64,000 bases of DNA from the human T2T-CHM13v2.0 reference genome, Homo sapiens. The notes beneath the pieces were generated by a model. That model searched no databases. It saw only the letters and a program-made list of their open reading frames with translations, and was not told the origin of the DNA. The translations under genes were made by a program, and so were the position numbers. Positions within the stretch are counted from its first letter, which is position 1. Each line of letters begins with the position of its first letter. The DNA lies in assembly GCF_009914755.1 (NCBI RefSeq), contig NC_060944.1; one strand, written 5' to 3'. Shown in pieces: positions 15,370 through 29,719 of the stretch.

Positions 15370-15439
15370 AAAGTATTTTTGATGTAGTCAAAAAAAGTAT
15401 TTCTGATGTAGTTTAAAAAAGTATTTTTGATGTAGTCAA
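15370..15439. repeat. 24-bp tandem repeat, about 3 copies
   Basis: GTATTT(T/C)TGATGTAGT starts at 15373, 15397 and 15421. Confidence 0.92.
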
Positions 15440-15525
15440 GAATATAACATGATATTATTAGACTCCTAATTACAAATATTTGGTAGAGACTATCAGTTTA
15501 AGAAAAAATTGCATTAAAATGTCAA

Positions 15526-15744
15526 CTTTTTTCTTTTTTTGAGACGGAGTCTCGCACTGCACACTGTCACCTGGGCTGGAGTGCAGTGACGATCTCGGCT
15601 CACTGCAACCTCCACCTCCTGCATTCAAGTGATTCTCATGCCTCAGCCTCCTGAGTAGCTGGAGTTACAGGCGCACGCCACCATGCCTGGCTAATTTTTT
15701 GTATTTTTAGTAAAGATGGGGTTTCACCATGTTGGTCAGGCTGG
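15526..15744 (-). mobile_element. AluS, 5'-truncated
   Basis: Poly(T), right arm and linker; ends at GGTCAGGCTGG; TSD-like aa(c/g)ttttttc. Confidence 0.93.
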
Positions 15745-15783
15745 AAGTTTTTTCGAAAACTAAATATATATTTCATTATATAA

Positions 15784-16121
<338 letters not shown>

Positions 16122-17779
16122 TTAATATGTAATTTTTAAGCACTTTAGGTTTTAATTAAATTTTATTTCAGTTATAAAAATGTTCATTACCATTTGGCAT
16201 ATTCCTCAGCTAAAATAATTAACAATAATTAAAATTACCCATGCTTGATTTTCTTATTTCAATTTTTATAAAAGTTATACCTTCAGTTTATAGAAAATAA
16301 AGAAACTTATGTACACATCGATGCTTTAGACAATATCTATTTTTCACCATGAATATCACTGAAAGAAACAAGTATCTTTTCATCTTTAGACAAAAGAAAA
16401 AAAAAGTACTAGTGTATCTTTTATTATTGGTTACTTTAAAAAAAGAGTAAAACTACTTCTGTAACATTAATTTTTAAAAGTTAATTTTCATATTCTAATG
16501 GGAGTGTAATGAGTTTTTCTCACAGTGAACTCTAATGAGTTTAGGAACGTGCTGCCATATTTATGGTAGAGACTATGCAAATTGGACTGATGTTTATTTA
16601 TGCATTTATTTCATTTGGGAATCTAGTTTTCGACCTTAAGTTTGCTGGAGAATTTGTTACAGGAAAGAAAGTGTATGAAGAAGTCTTCTTGTCCCAGGTG
16701 TGGAATTAAGGTAAAATTAACAAGGAATTGAAGTTATCTTTGATCATGATTTTTGATTCCATTTTTATTCACTTTGAGGAAGTGTTGCCTGTTTTTTTTT
16801 TTTTTTTTGATGTTCAGCAGAGCAGTACAATGCAACACACAGAAGCATAATGTTGAATTTTCATAATAATGTTTGTGATGCAAATGAGGCACACTTCAAA
16901 AAGTAGAATGATTAGCATTTCTTGGTAAGATGACAGTCCCCCCTTTTAAAAAAAAATTGTTCATTAGTTTTATCAGTAGATTACATATCCAGATTTCAAT
17001 TTTGAGTGCATACTTTTTGCTTATAATTATAATGTGAATTTAAATAGTTTTAGATTGTGCATTTAAAACAATTCTTCTGTCACTGTATTATACTCTGAAT
17101 TAATGAGCTGTTTGCCACCTCAGAGCCCTTTGCTTTGAAATTCAGTCCAGTTTAAAGTGAACTCCAACCATTTCAGGCCAGCAGCTCACAGAAGGTTGCA
17201 GGATTAATGAGCTCCAGGGGCTCTGTGGCTTCCTTAGAAGCATTTATCACTAAATTCTATTCTTAGGGAATATCATCCTTATGCAAGAAGATGGGGAGCT
17301 GAATGTGGAAAAATGCTATTCAAACAAATAATTTGATAATTGCCAATGAAGAGTGTTCTTTCTTCTCACTACAGATGAAATACAAGAGATGCAGCTAAGA
17401 CCAGAGCTTTTAGTTTCTCTAACTGGAGTGAAATTAAAATTGATGGATATTTTGATAAGATTACTAATGTAGGTGAAACAATGCTTCCCTATAGCTTGTT
17501 CTACAACACTGTACTCATTCACTTACTGGACTTCCTAGGGCTTACTTAAAGAACTTGTACACATCCACTGTCAAATATACTTCTGCATACATATACTCTT
17601 GGATATCATAGCCTATTTATAAAACTGTATCTGTCTCCCTAGTTATCCTGTAGGAATAGCTAGTGTTTTCTCTCCTTTTAGATCTTCTCAAGGCATCCTC
17701 TGAGTTTATAAAACAGAGAGTAATATGGGTGAGAAAGTTGGCCCTTGCTCTTTTTTTTTCTTTGAGTATGCTGTTTTTA

Positions 17780-17905
17780 TTTAATTCTCACAATATCTGG
17801 AGATAGTAATTTTTAACATAATGAAACAGATTTAGAGCAAGTGCATGACAAGTAAAAAGCAGGGCCGGAATTTGAATCCACATTCATTTGACTCTAAGCC
17901 TGTAC
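17780..17905 (-). mobile_element. MIR fragment
   Basis: TTTAATTCTCACAA ... GCAGGGCCGGAATTTGAATCCA..TGACTCTAAGCC. Confidence 0.6.
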
Positions 17906-18801
17906 TGTCTGATATAGCAAGCACCTGTAGTTATTGACCACTTGAAATGTGGTGATTGCTGCTTGTTAAAATCATAATAATTTTGATATATTCATGCAAA
18001 TAAATATATTACTAAAATTCTACCTAGAGAGGCATTTCTTGGGAGCTGACAATCCCCTTTTTAAAATAATGATTATTAATTTTATGAGTAGATTATATAA
18101 TCTGATTTTCATCTTGAAGGCAAACTGTTTACCTCTTGGGAGAGTTTGTGTACCTGAGGTTGTGCCGTCTAATTAGGGCAGCCTGGGCCAAGGATGGTAA
18201 ATTCATGGCAATCACATGGATACTCCACATCCTCCGGCAGACATCACTTATCGGTCGTGGCATTTTTCTCACAGGAACAGCATTCTGTCTCACTGAGACA
18301 CAGCCTTGGAATTCTTCTCAGTACTGTTCATTGATCCAGGCAGCCCCCACCTCTTGACTGGAGTTGGCAAGTGAGATAAACATGTTAGCTGACTCTCTTC
18401 TGGTCAGGGCTCTTTGGCACAGTTAGGTGCTCTGACCTTTTGAATAGACCTGCAAAATGCAAGCCTATCTTCAGCTTTCAATTAGATGTTAGGATATGAA
18501 AACATGGGCATCTTTAAATTGATGAAATATTCAGCCACTTCAGGTCTGTTTCTTCCCAGCTAATCATGCTTGTCATCTACATTTTATTCCACCAACTTTA
18601 TTCAGGTTTTACCCCTCACCTCATGATTGCTTTATTGCTAGAATGTGAAAATATCTTCTATGCCTAAATTGATATCCTTGAATTAAAGGTGTGTTGATGT
18701 TGCGACTCTAACTTCGGTGTGCTGGGGCTGTCTTGCAGCAGCAGGGAGTGAAGTCTAGGCCTACCAAGCATTACGTGATGTCCTTCCTCAAGCCCTCTCT
18801 C

Positions 18802-19197
<396 letters not shown>

Positions 19198-20840
19198 TCA
19201 TCGTAGCAAATTTGGATGCAAGAAAGCTATTGAAACTGAATCTTCTCCTACAGCTGAAGAGATCTATTACTTCAATCACTCCACCGAAAAATCTACCAAA
19301 GATTAAGTATGTTTCTCTATTGTATTCCTGCAGGTTAGGATTGTTACAGATCACAATGACTTAATGAAATCTCAATACTTGTGGCCAAAATAACGTAGGA
19401 TGGAGAGCCATAGTTTAAAAGTTTGAAAGCTTTGGGGGTCATCTAGGACACTGAAATTCTGCTTGCAACTTGTTTAGCTGGAAAACAAAAAGCATGAAGA
19501 TAAGACTGGAAGATGAACATCTCATACCATCAATATATGGGTGATTAGAAGCTCTACAACAATTCTAAAACCCAGCCTAATAAAGTATGAAACATTCTGA
19601 GGAATGTTCATAAAGATATGCAAATGGACTTTGAAATGGAAAAAATGCAAATCAGTTGAGGTGGCACAGGCCTAATTTACCCATTCTCTCTCAGGGAATA
19701 TCAGAGCTTCACACATTTAACAGGAAATGTACACATGCTGACTTCCTTCAGGTGAAAAAAAGATTCCACCTGCAACTAGTATTAAATATTTGAGATTTGT
19801 TTGCCACTGTTGTATCACAGATGCTTCAACTAGAGTGTTTAATTTTCACACATATACCATTTAGGAGCTGTTTAGTCCTCTCCCTAATGAAAGAGAGATG
19901 GGAAATCCAGGACACCCCACACTTACTGGTAGGTTTCCAAATGTTCCGCTCTTAGATGCCACTGGTACCTCTAAATAATTCAAAATATCGAAGAGCTGAC
20001 TCCACACAGCAGAATGTGTTTTCTTAGTTGGAATTAGGTCTATAATCAGACAGAGATGTCTTATTAGTCAGAATGGAAGACAACGGACTGGTAAATATTA
20101 TAATTTGAAAATGTTGATATAAAAGAAGCCTCAACATAGGAAAAGGTGACATGAATGTCAATGGCAATTATAATATATAAAAAAGATAATAGTGTTTTAG
20201 AGAGTGATGAATAGCTGTGGGAGGAAGAGTTGAGGCCAGATTTTGCAACTTCTAATTTTTTTTTTAAACCTAGCATTGACATTACAGTCCTGAATTGTTG
20301 TGTTGTGATAGGACATACCTTTTGCTATTAAAAAATAAGGCCTCATATTATTATTAATTTTTTTTGGCCTTCTGCCTAGGAAAAGAAGTATGTCTTTGGA
20401 AATAAAAATACACAAAGTAAGTTGTCATTGAGGGAAAGAGTTAAAAAGAATCACTTACCTTTTATGAATTATTTTTTAAGACTACACAGGTGAGTTTTTT
20501 GGTTTTGGAAATTCTTGAACATTTTGATTTCATTCTTCCTGGAGAGCCACCGATACTGGAGGCTGGACACCACATAACAAATTAACCGTCCTCTTTCATT
20601 TGTAACCTCCAGGGAGATAAGATCAGTTTAGTTGCTAATGAATTTTGGTCCCCAGCACAGAACAATTACAATGGAATATGAGGACGGTTTCAAGAGCATC
20701 AGGAAGATTTTACCAAATTCTATTTAATCTCCTCTCACCCTGTTTACAGGTCAGCTTATTAAAGTTGAAAATTCCTGGTAGATGGTTTCCATGGAGAGAG
20801 AAAATTATCTCTTTAGATAAACTATTCTAGGGTTAATTTG

Positions 20841-21800
20841 ATTCAACCAACATTTATTTAGAGTTTCACATGTGAAACACAATACTGTCTTAGGAGCTAC
20901 AGGGATACTAAGATGAACGTGGAAAAAAATGATTGCCCTTAATTAAGTTGGCATGAAGTTCATGTACACAAAGATGTACACGGATCTAGGATAAAATGTG
21001 GCAAGTACTATCATGTAAGTATAAATAAATAAAAAATTGTACTCTTCATACAAAGTCTTGTTTGCCCCTCATAACAACCCTATTTGAAGAGATAATTATT
21101 CCCATTTCACAGAAAACAAAACAGTGTCATAAAGCAGCACATCTGGTAAGTAAAGCCAGGACTTGAGCCCACGCTGTATACCAGCCATCCCACAGAGCTT
21201 TCTTGATGCTAGGGAGAAGCCAGTAATAAAGCATTTCATAGAGAAGGTGGCATGGTAATGGACCTTGAAAGACAGGTGTCATCTCAAAAGGTGGCCAGAG
21301 GGGACATGTCAGAGAGTCATGCATGAAAGAGGAAATTTAAGCTTTAAGGACAGGACAGATGAGACTTCCAAGGGGAGAGCAGAGATTGGGAAGAGCATCT
21401 GAAAGTGAGCCCTCTGGAACACTCCATGAGGGATGGGAGCAGGCGGGAGGAGGAGGCGCAGGAGCCAGCTAAGGAGACAGGGAAAGAGCAGTCTGGCCGA
21501 TGTGAGATCATCTTGGACAGCGAGGTGGCCAAGAAACCAAGGTACAACAGTGCAGAAAATCAAAGAGGCCCCCACAGTAGTCCGTTTCAGAGAGAAAGAT
21601 ACACAGAGCTAAAAGGACCCCAAGAGTCTTCTTGATCTGGGGGTCACTGGTGACTATAGAAAGAATAGTTTTATTAGAGTGATGATAAGCCATAGATCAT
21701 GGGAAAAATTGCAGTGGGCAAAGGATGAAGTAAAAGGGGAAGAGGGTGACATGAAAGTTGATCACTGTTTCAAGAAGTTTAGTAGTGGAGGAAAGAGGGA
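20841..21800 (-). mobile_element. L2 fragments with an inserted MIR (~21065-21175)
   Basis: ATTCAACCAACATTTATT L2 tail; GGAGCCAGCTAAGGAGACAG and GGTCACTGGTGACT L2 body; CCTCATAACAACCCTAT..CCCATTTCACAGA MIR core. Confidence 0.65.
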
Positions 21801-22139
21801 ATAGTGGTATTAGTTTTGCACACTCACAAGCCCAGGTAGGATCCTCATTTTGGAGAGCCTCTGGTAACATCTGATAAGGGAGCAGGCCCCTTAGGTGGCT
21901 CTGTGACAGAGCTTTTGTTCTGAGGATGCCAGCATGAGGCCACACTTTAGTATCAAGTCACAGGACCCCTGCACCTTTGTGTGTCAGCCTGACCTGGGGC
22001 ATAGGACTAGAGGGCAATGGGAAATCATACTTGTCCAGTTGGAAGCAAATTTTTTGCAGAAATTTGCTTTCATGGCTTAACATTCATAATGCCTTAGGTT
22101 GGGAAACCACCCATGCCCATTTATGGGCCATGGTTAATT

Positions 22140-22430
22140 CTGTTTTATTCTGTTCAACAAACTTATCCCTAGGTACTCTGTGTGAAGCCCCACTGTGGCT
22201 CGGAGTCTACAGCATGTTTCAAAGACGTTGCTGTCCTCAAGAAACATAATCTCTTTGGGGAAGCAAGAAGCAAAAGTAGCCCTTTACTGTAGTCTGATGA
22301 ATGTTGCCGTGTAGGAATGGGTGAAGGGCCTGGTCATAGAAGGACTTACATATCACGCTTGGCACTCAGATCTTACTCTGTAGATAATGGGGAAATTCTA
22401 TAGTGTTTTAATAGGAAGAAGCTTCACTGT
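22140..22430 (-). mobile_element. L2 fragment
   Basis: TTCAACAAAC, GCTGTCCTCAAGAAACATAATCT and CTGTAGATAATGGGGAA are L2-like motifs. Confidence 0.5.
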
Positions 22431-22459
22431 TTTCATTTATTCTCACTGAGGTGTGACCA

Positions 22460-22476
22460 GTGTGTGTGTGTGTGTC

Positions 22477-22516
<40 letters not shown>
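22460..22516. repeat. (TG)n microsatellite
   Basis: About 28 TG units with one short interruption. Confidence 0.97.
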
Positions 22517-22520
<4 letters not shown>

Positions 22521-24052
22521 AATGGGGATAGAGAAGCAAGTTTGTGACATATAAAGCAACAGTCTAGATAAGAAACCTTGACCTTAATTAGGCCAGAGGA
22601 AGTGGGTTTGGAGAGGGCAGGTGACACTTGCTTTTGTTAGTGACTGAATTCACTAACAAAAGGGGTGCGGAAGAGTTAGGTTGCATAGGTGCTTCCTGGG
22701 TTTTTTCTGGTTGACTGGAAATGCTTTCATGGCCCGTCTTCCTGTCTAAATTAAGATGTTCATAGATGTTTTAAAAATAGGGTGGAGTCTGGAGGTAGAA
22801 GACAAAGCTGTATAAAGTCAAAGTAGGGAGAAAAAAAAATGAAGAAAGGCAATAAAGAGAAATAGAGACAGCCAGTAATTATTTGCTGTCACAACCCATT
22901 CTTAGGTCACCTTTCGGTTTCAGTTTTCCAGCAATACTTTTCTTTTTTTCTCCTCTTTTCATTATTAAATGCCTTAAGAAATGAGTATGCTGCATCGATA
23001 GAGTTATGATGGCTTACATGAGAAGAGCTTCTGAGAAGTGAGTTCCTGGAAGCACTGTGGTGGTGGCCAAGTATTTGCTTATAAGATTTTATTTGACATC
23101 TATAAGGAGAAATATACACAAACTTTTTTGTTTTGTTTTGTTTTGTTTTGTTTTGGTGCTGGAAGTGGGAAAAGTAACAAGAATTTAATGAGTAATAAGG
23201 AAATGTAAGAGGAACCATTAAACATAACTATAGTTACATGGACCCTACTTACTCCAAGTGTATTTTAGTTAGATTTGGGTGTATTTTGTGTCTGTTAAGG
23301 CAGGTGGGCAGTTTGTTCATTTGGCTGGAATCCTGGGGCAATTAGGTCAGCATTAGGGGCTTAGTATTTCTGCAGGCCATTTAGTTTTAACCTGCTCCAT
23401 GACCCCAGGACACTTTCTACCTCATCATTACCCTGATTTTTGTCCGTGAGTTCAGGGAGGCACCAATCAGAGAATGTCGATAGCTTTCTAGCACATCCAT
23501 CTTCACCAGGAGAAAGCTGTGGTCAGATAAGTAGGATTCCCCTTTACATAAAAAGAACAGCCTGTTCCATCGTTAGAAAAATTAGAAACTGCGGTGAGAA
23601 GTGCAATAATTAGTGACTACTGAATGCTTGTTCTTGAATTTGCTTTATAAAAAATGGGATCTGGGAGCCTTGTTAATTATATAGCTTTGTAAGAATAGTT
23701 TTTCTATAACTGTATTAGTATACTTAATCAATGACTCATAGAATACTGGTAACTAATAGACCTGGACTTAACGCCTGGAATGTCCTACTAAGCATGGTTT
23801 GGTGAGCTGTCTACTTTGATTCTAGGATAGTTTATGTTTAATTATGCCACAACTTGGGCTTATGCTATGTCTTGATGTAATGCAAATAAAATAGATTATA
23901 TTTTACACTACAAAGTTCATTAAAAAACAAAAACAAAATCCTTAAGCTTGTCACTCAAAAGTAAACATCTGTATCCAATGCAGGAAAGAATGCAGGTTTC
24001 GTGGGGACTAAAACAACACTAAGGTGAGCTCTCTTTAAGAAAAAGACAAATG

Positions 24053-24381
<329 letters not shown>

Positions 24382-24639
24382 TTAAATTCAGTCTTTCCTG
24401 TAAGGTGATGGAATTTTCAAAAAGTATTAATAGTTGAGAAAGGTTTTTCTCCATTTTATAACTCTCGATTGATAATAACGTGTACATTTTTAGAATTGTG
24501 GTTAAACTTGGGAAGACTTCTTTAGGCTTCTTTCCCGATGAACTGCAAGATTTTACAGCATCTCAAAATTTCTGGTGCAGGGACTAATCTTAAATACTTT
24601 GGAACTGGCTGTCTTCATTAACTAGCTTGTTACCATAGA

Positions 24640-24777
24640 TTTCTCACATTTGCTAATTAAAAAAATATGACCATATGAACACATTGCCAGGACCCCATCC
24701 AAGTCCTTAAAAGGGACCTGGCGGGGGAAGGTCCCTGAAGCTTAAGCTCCATTGTTTCATGGTAAATTTATCTCTGA
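24640..24777 (-). mobile_element. hAT-Tip100 terminal fragment (Arthur1/MER69-like)
   Basis: ATATGACCATATGAACACATTGC ... CCCTGAAGCTTAAGCTCCATT..TTCATGGTAAAT matches the recalled terminal sequence of this family. Confidence 0.55.
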
Positions 24778-25924
24778 TCTGACAGCATCATAATTTTCCA
24801 CTGAATCTGTCCAAACAGTATTATACTCAATAGTCCAACAAAACAACATAACCTTTCATACTTAATACAATAAGTCAATTGGGGAAGAATTCAGAATTTT
24901 AGTGATCCTACCAAGTTTTTTTTTTTTTTTTTTTTTTTAATAAGGCACAGCTCAATTCTTATCTCTTGGTTTGACTGGCATACAATGGCTTATTGTAAGA
25001 CTATTACATTAATATCTTTGTATCTTTTACAAGCTTTAATTTACCCCTGATAGCATGAAAAGAGACTAAATTCTCATATAAGAACATGAAAACATTTTTA
25101 AAGATGTTATCTCTTATGGTATGTCTTATAGTCCACTGACTAGATTAGTTGTAGGCATCTAAAATAACAAGTAATCTCAACAGATAGTATATAGTTAAAT
25201 AGAAATATCGTATTTCTAAGCAATTACCTTGTAAAGAGAACCCTTAACATTTTAAAATGTTGTTATTTCTAAGCCTAAAATAAAATGCAGCTTGTTATTT
25301 AAGAAAGATTTCAGAAGAGATATAAAGATCCCATTGCACTTTACATGGCTTTGTGTTAAATTTATCAAGATCTATTATATTACATGAAACATACTTAGTT
25401 TCATTAAAGATGCTTGAGCCTCTCTCTTTTTTATGCTTCCTGCCCCCTCTATGTACACAAATTCAGCAACCTAATCATGTTGCCTTTGATCAAATTTTAT
25501 TTGTATTTTTCCCCAGTAATGCTGTCTGGTGGCAGTTAAATAGAATTTAATTAAAATAAATATTCACATGCTTTAATAGAGATTAATGATCTGATTTGAC
25601 TTAGTAAAATTTGGCAAAAAGTCTAGACGCTGTAAGATATACCTATATTACTTGACTTGGATAAAGGTTTAATAAAACACAGCCAGCATTCAAAAAAAGG
25701 GAGAAATGGGGAAATCCAGTTATAAAAGCTATCTGAGCATTTAGCTAGAACTATGCATACACAAACACGCCCTATTGAATTTGTGTCCACAATAAAAATT
25801 GGGCTGTTTCTTGTTTTTCTATTTTATTACAACCATAAAATGAAAGTGTGAATAACAAGGCAATCCACTTGTTAAGTGGCAATTTGGATTGACAAGCTAT
25901 TTTCCCAAATTTAATTTCTGGATC

Positions 25925-26090
25925 TGTACTTCTCAGCCTTTAATGTGAACATGAATAACCCAGGGGTGGTGTGAAAATACAGATTCAGATTCAGAAGGTT
26001 TTGGACAAAGCCCAAGATACTGTGTTCTAACAAGATCCCAGGTAGTGTCCATGCTGCTGGTGTGAGGACTGCACCTTGAGCAGCAAGGTC
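25925..26090. mobile_element. MER5-family hAT MITE
   Basis: AAAATACAGATTCAGATTCAG..TTCTAACAAG..CCCAGGT..ATGCTGCTGGT..TTGAGCAGCAAGG. Confidence 0.75.
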
Positions 26091-27019
26091 CTAGACAGTG
26101 AAGTGAAGAGACTAGATTTGGGATGGTTGCCACCACCATCATCACCACAATTGTATGGATAATAATATGTAAATGACCCCACCTCTCAAATATACAGTCC
26201 TTTCACATATTTCCATCATCTCATTTTGGTCTTCACAATATATAATGTCACATGCGTATCTCAGCCTGAGTGCCACTGCTTGTAAAGCCAATTAATTACA
26301 TAAGAATATTAAATTTCAGAGTCTTAACCCATATAGTCCAGCATAAACAAAGCATAGCTAGGTTTATCTTTCCAAAGGGTATTCTCCAAATCTTGTTATT
26401 TTCTCACTCAAGATTCATCCAGTGGAATATCTCCTCTGCTCCCCAATCCCATAAACCGTTATCCCTATTCTCTCTCTGTTCTCCAAGGCTGATCATCTCA
26501 CTGTCCTCCACACAGATTAGTTTTATTTATGAATCCAAATTCTGCACATGCAGTTGCCTGACCAAGAATGCTCCCACTTATATCTCCTGCTCTTCATGAA
26601 ATCTGGTAAACTACTTCCTGCACACACAGGCTTTGAGGGGCCTGGCCCCTTATCATCTGACAGACCTGAACAAGGTGAAGACACTCTAGAGCTGTTGGAA
26701 TTGTTCTCATGTATGCTGGGAGATATTTTTTAGCTTCCTTATGTGCTGCATTTTAAAACACCCTAACATTTGTGCCCATTAACTCCCAAGCCCTGTTTCT
26801 TTTAGATAATGTATCAAGCAAATTTCTATAGTTGAAGTTCTGAAGTGTGACAAGGGAGCCCTGCCTTAGCACACATGTCCAGATGTTGACACTACAAGTT
26901 ATAAGCAGCCTTCATTTACAAAATTCAGACTTAAAAGCCACGAAGTGAATAGGTAATTAATGCGGAAAGTGGCAAGATTTGATTTAAACAGAAGGAGCCA
27001 TTAGACAATTAAATACTAA

Positions 27020-27506
<487 letters not shown>

Positions 27507-28064
27507 TGATACATTTTTATCACTCTTATCTGCTACTTAGAGATTTGGCACCTATAGCAAGGTGATAAATACGCCCCAAGGGTGCAACTGGAAAATGTGG
27601 TTAACCCGATGCAGGAGTCTGAGTGGAACTCTGAACAGGATGAGACAAGCCGGCAGTGACCTGTTGAGCCCTTGGACCCCAGAATTTCTCGGGTTATTGT
27701 TTCTCCGAACAGCCACTCAGAAGAGATTCTTTGAGTTGATGCAAAAATCTCAAAACTTACTGTGTGACTTTGTGGTAGAAAAGAAAAAATGCAATTTGGA
27801 TCCAGATTACAAACTTGATTGTGAAAAACAAAAACAAAAACAGATAGTCCTTATGATTTTGGAATGATACAGTTAAGGGTGGTGTAGGAGATCAAATAAA
27901 TTATCCTTTAACATCCAGACTATAAGATTTTGACTTCTACCTACCCAAAGCACTTGGGTCAGTATACGTTTTAGTGCACTGATGCATCCACTTGCCCGTG
28001 TGAATGCATTAAGGACAGGATATCGTATTCTTCTAAGCAAAAAGATTGCAGCATACTCTACGCA

Positions 28065-28225
28065 CAGCACTGGGTAGAAATCCCACTATTCCACTTCGTA
28101 GCAATGCGACTTTAAACATGTTTTCAAACCTGTGTGAGCCTTAGTTCATCTGTCTGTAAAATGGTGATAATAGTAGTACTCACCTCAAAGGTTGTTGTAA
28201 GGATTACATGAGTAAAGTGAAAGTT
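28065..28225 (+). mobile_element. MIR
   Basis: GAGCCTTAGTT..CTGTAAAATGGTGATAATAGTAGTACTCACCTCAAAGGTTGTTGTAAGGATTA MIR core. Confidence 0.85.
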
Positions 28226-28352
28226 TTGATTTAGGGGAAAAGAGGCAGAACATGAAGTACTAATTTAAAGAAATATTCAGGTAAAGCCTATGAGATTAAG
28301 TAGTCACGAATGGTTAATACTTCCATGCAGTGCCATCTAATAGGGCTTCACT

Positions 28353-28573
28353 ATGATGATGCAAAGGCATGAGAATGATATAATGGACTCTGGGGACTCA
28401 AGGGGAAGGTTGGGAGGGGGGTGAGCGGTAAAAGACTACATATTAGGTGTAGTATATCCTGCTTAGGTGATGGCTGTGGTGCACTAAAATCTCAGAAATT
28501 ACCACTAAAGAACCTATCCGTGTAACCAAAACCACCTGTACCCCAAAAACTATTGAAATTAAATAAATAAATA
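28353..28573 (+). mobile_element. L1PB-type 3' end, heavily 5'-truncated
   Basis: GATGCAAAGGCAT..AATGGACTCTGGGGACTC..AAAATCTCAGAAATTACCACTAAAGAAC..TGTACCCCAAAAACTATTGAAA, (TAAA)n tail; TSD aataggg(c)ttcact. Confidence 0.88.
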
Positions 28574-29194
28574 AATAGGGTTCACTGCCAAGCAAATAGA
28601 AAGCATTCTATAAATGTTAATTATAGAAAGTGTTCTATTTAAGTGTTAATTATTATAATAATCATGATTGCTGGTGTGGAATTAAGAAAAAGGCAAGGGC
28701 TGCATCTTTAGAAATGCTTTAATTCATGTAAAGTGCTTAAAACAGTGCCTGTGTGCATGTGTGCTTCATAAATGCTAGTCGTTGTTATTATAAGAGTTAC
28801 TATGATCATCCTAGTGCTCATCCTTACCTGACTTCTGGAGTACCCATCATATTCAATATTCCAAAAGATAAACACAATACTATTTGTTGGATATTTATCT
28901 TTTAAGGCAACTATTAAACCATTGGAATGGTGATTTTCTGAGAGATTCTTCTTTTTTAAACCATTGACAACTTTATTCTGCTATTGAGATTTTTTTTCAG
29001 AGCCAACATTTCTTTCATTTATAATTCTACTTTGGAAATGCAAATGTTATCCATTTTTCCAATGCATAGTTTCAACTTACTAGTTAGCTCTGTAAATATC
29101 ATTTATGAGACTGACCCATATTAGATCTTTGCTATGGTCTGTGGTTTGCAATAATTGTCATTCTCAGTTCCCTTAAGTACTAACTAGGAGAAAA

Positions 29195-29320
29195 GACAGT
29201 AGAATGTTAAATCAGGACAGGGGTCTTTGGAGGTCACTCTGTCCAGCATCCTGATTTTTTAGATAAGGAGACATGACTTGTCCAGTGTCACCTAGCAGCT
29301 CAGAGGCAAATCCAGGACAA
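29195..29320 (-). mobile_element. MIR3-like fragment
   Basis: AGAATGTTA..CTTTGGAGGTCA..GTCCAGC..TTTTAGATAAGGAGAC..GACTTGTCCAGTGTCAC. Confidence 0.55.
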
Positions 29321-29719
29321 CATTCTTAAAGGTCATACATTGACCCTCTGTTAAATAAGTGAACACATAAGTATATCCATTAATTTCAGATTGTTTTAAG
29401 AATAAAAATCAAAGTTATATAAGGTTCCTGAATAAATCTCATAGCAGGAGGGAGACCATGTGATAAAACCTTCAAAAAAATGGAATATATTGTCTGGTTG
29501 CTTCCTGAATTGTACAGGTTACTATTTCATTTCTGAATATGGCCTCAAATAAATTGAAAAGTACATCCCTTAAATCCTTGTCAAGTGCAAGGTCTGTGTC
29601 ATAAATGCTTTCAATATTGAGGGGGAACAGGACAAAAATTTAAGGAAAAGAATTTATGCAAAAGATTGAATCAATGCTTTTTTTGGATAAGCAAAGCAAT
29701 CTGTGTGATAATTCTACTT

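Noticed and set aside
15370-15439. CRISPR-like direct repeats
   Set aside because: The repeats are adjacent with no unique spacers, in a primate context with no cas genes.
21405-21635. Charged, protein-like 76-aa ORF
   Set aside because: Falls within purine-rich antisense L2 sequence and has no convincing splice context.
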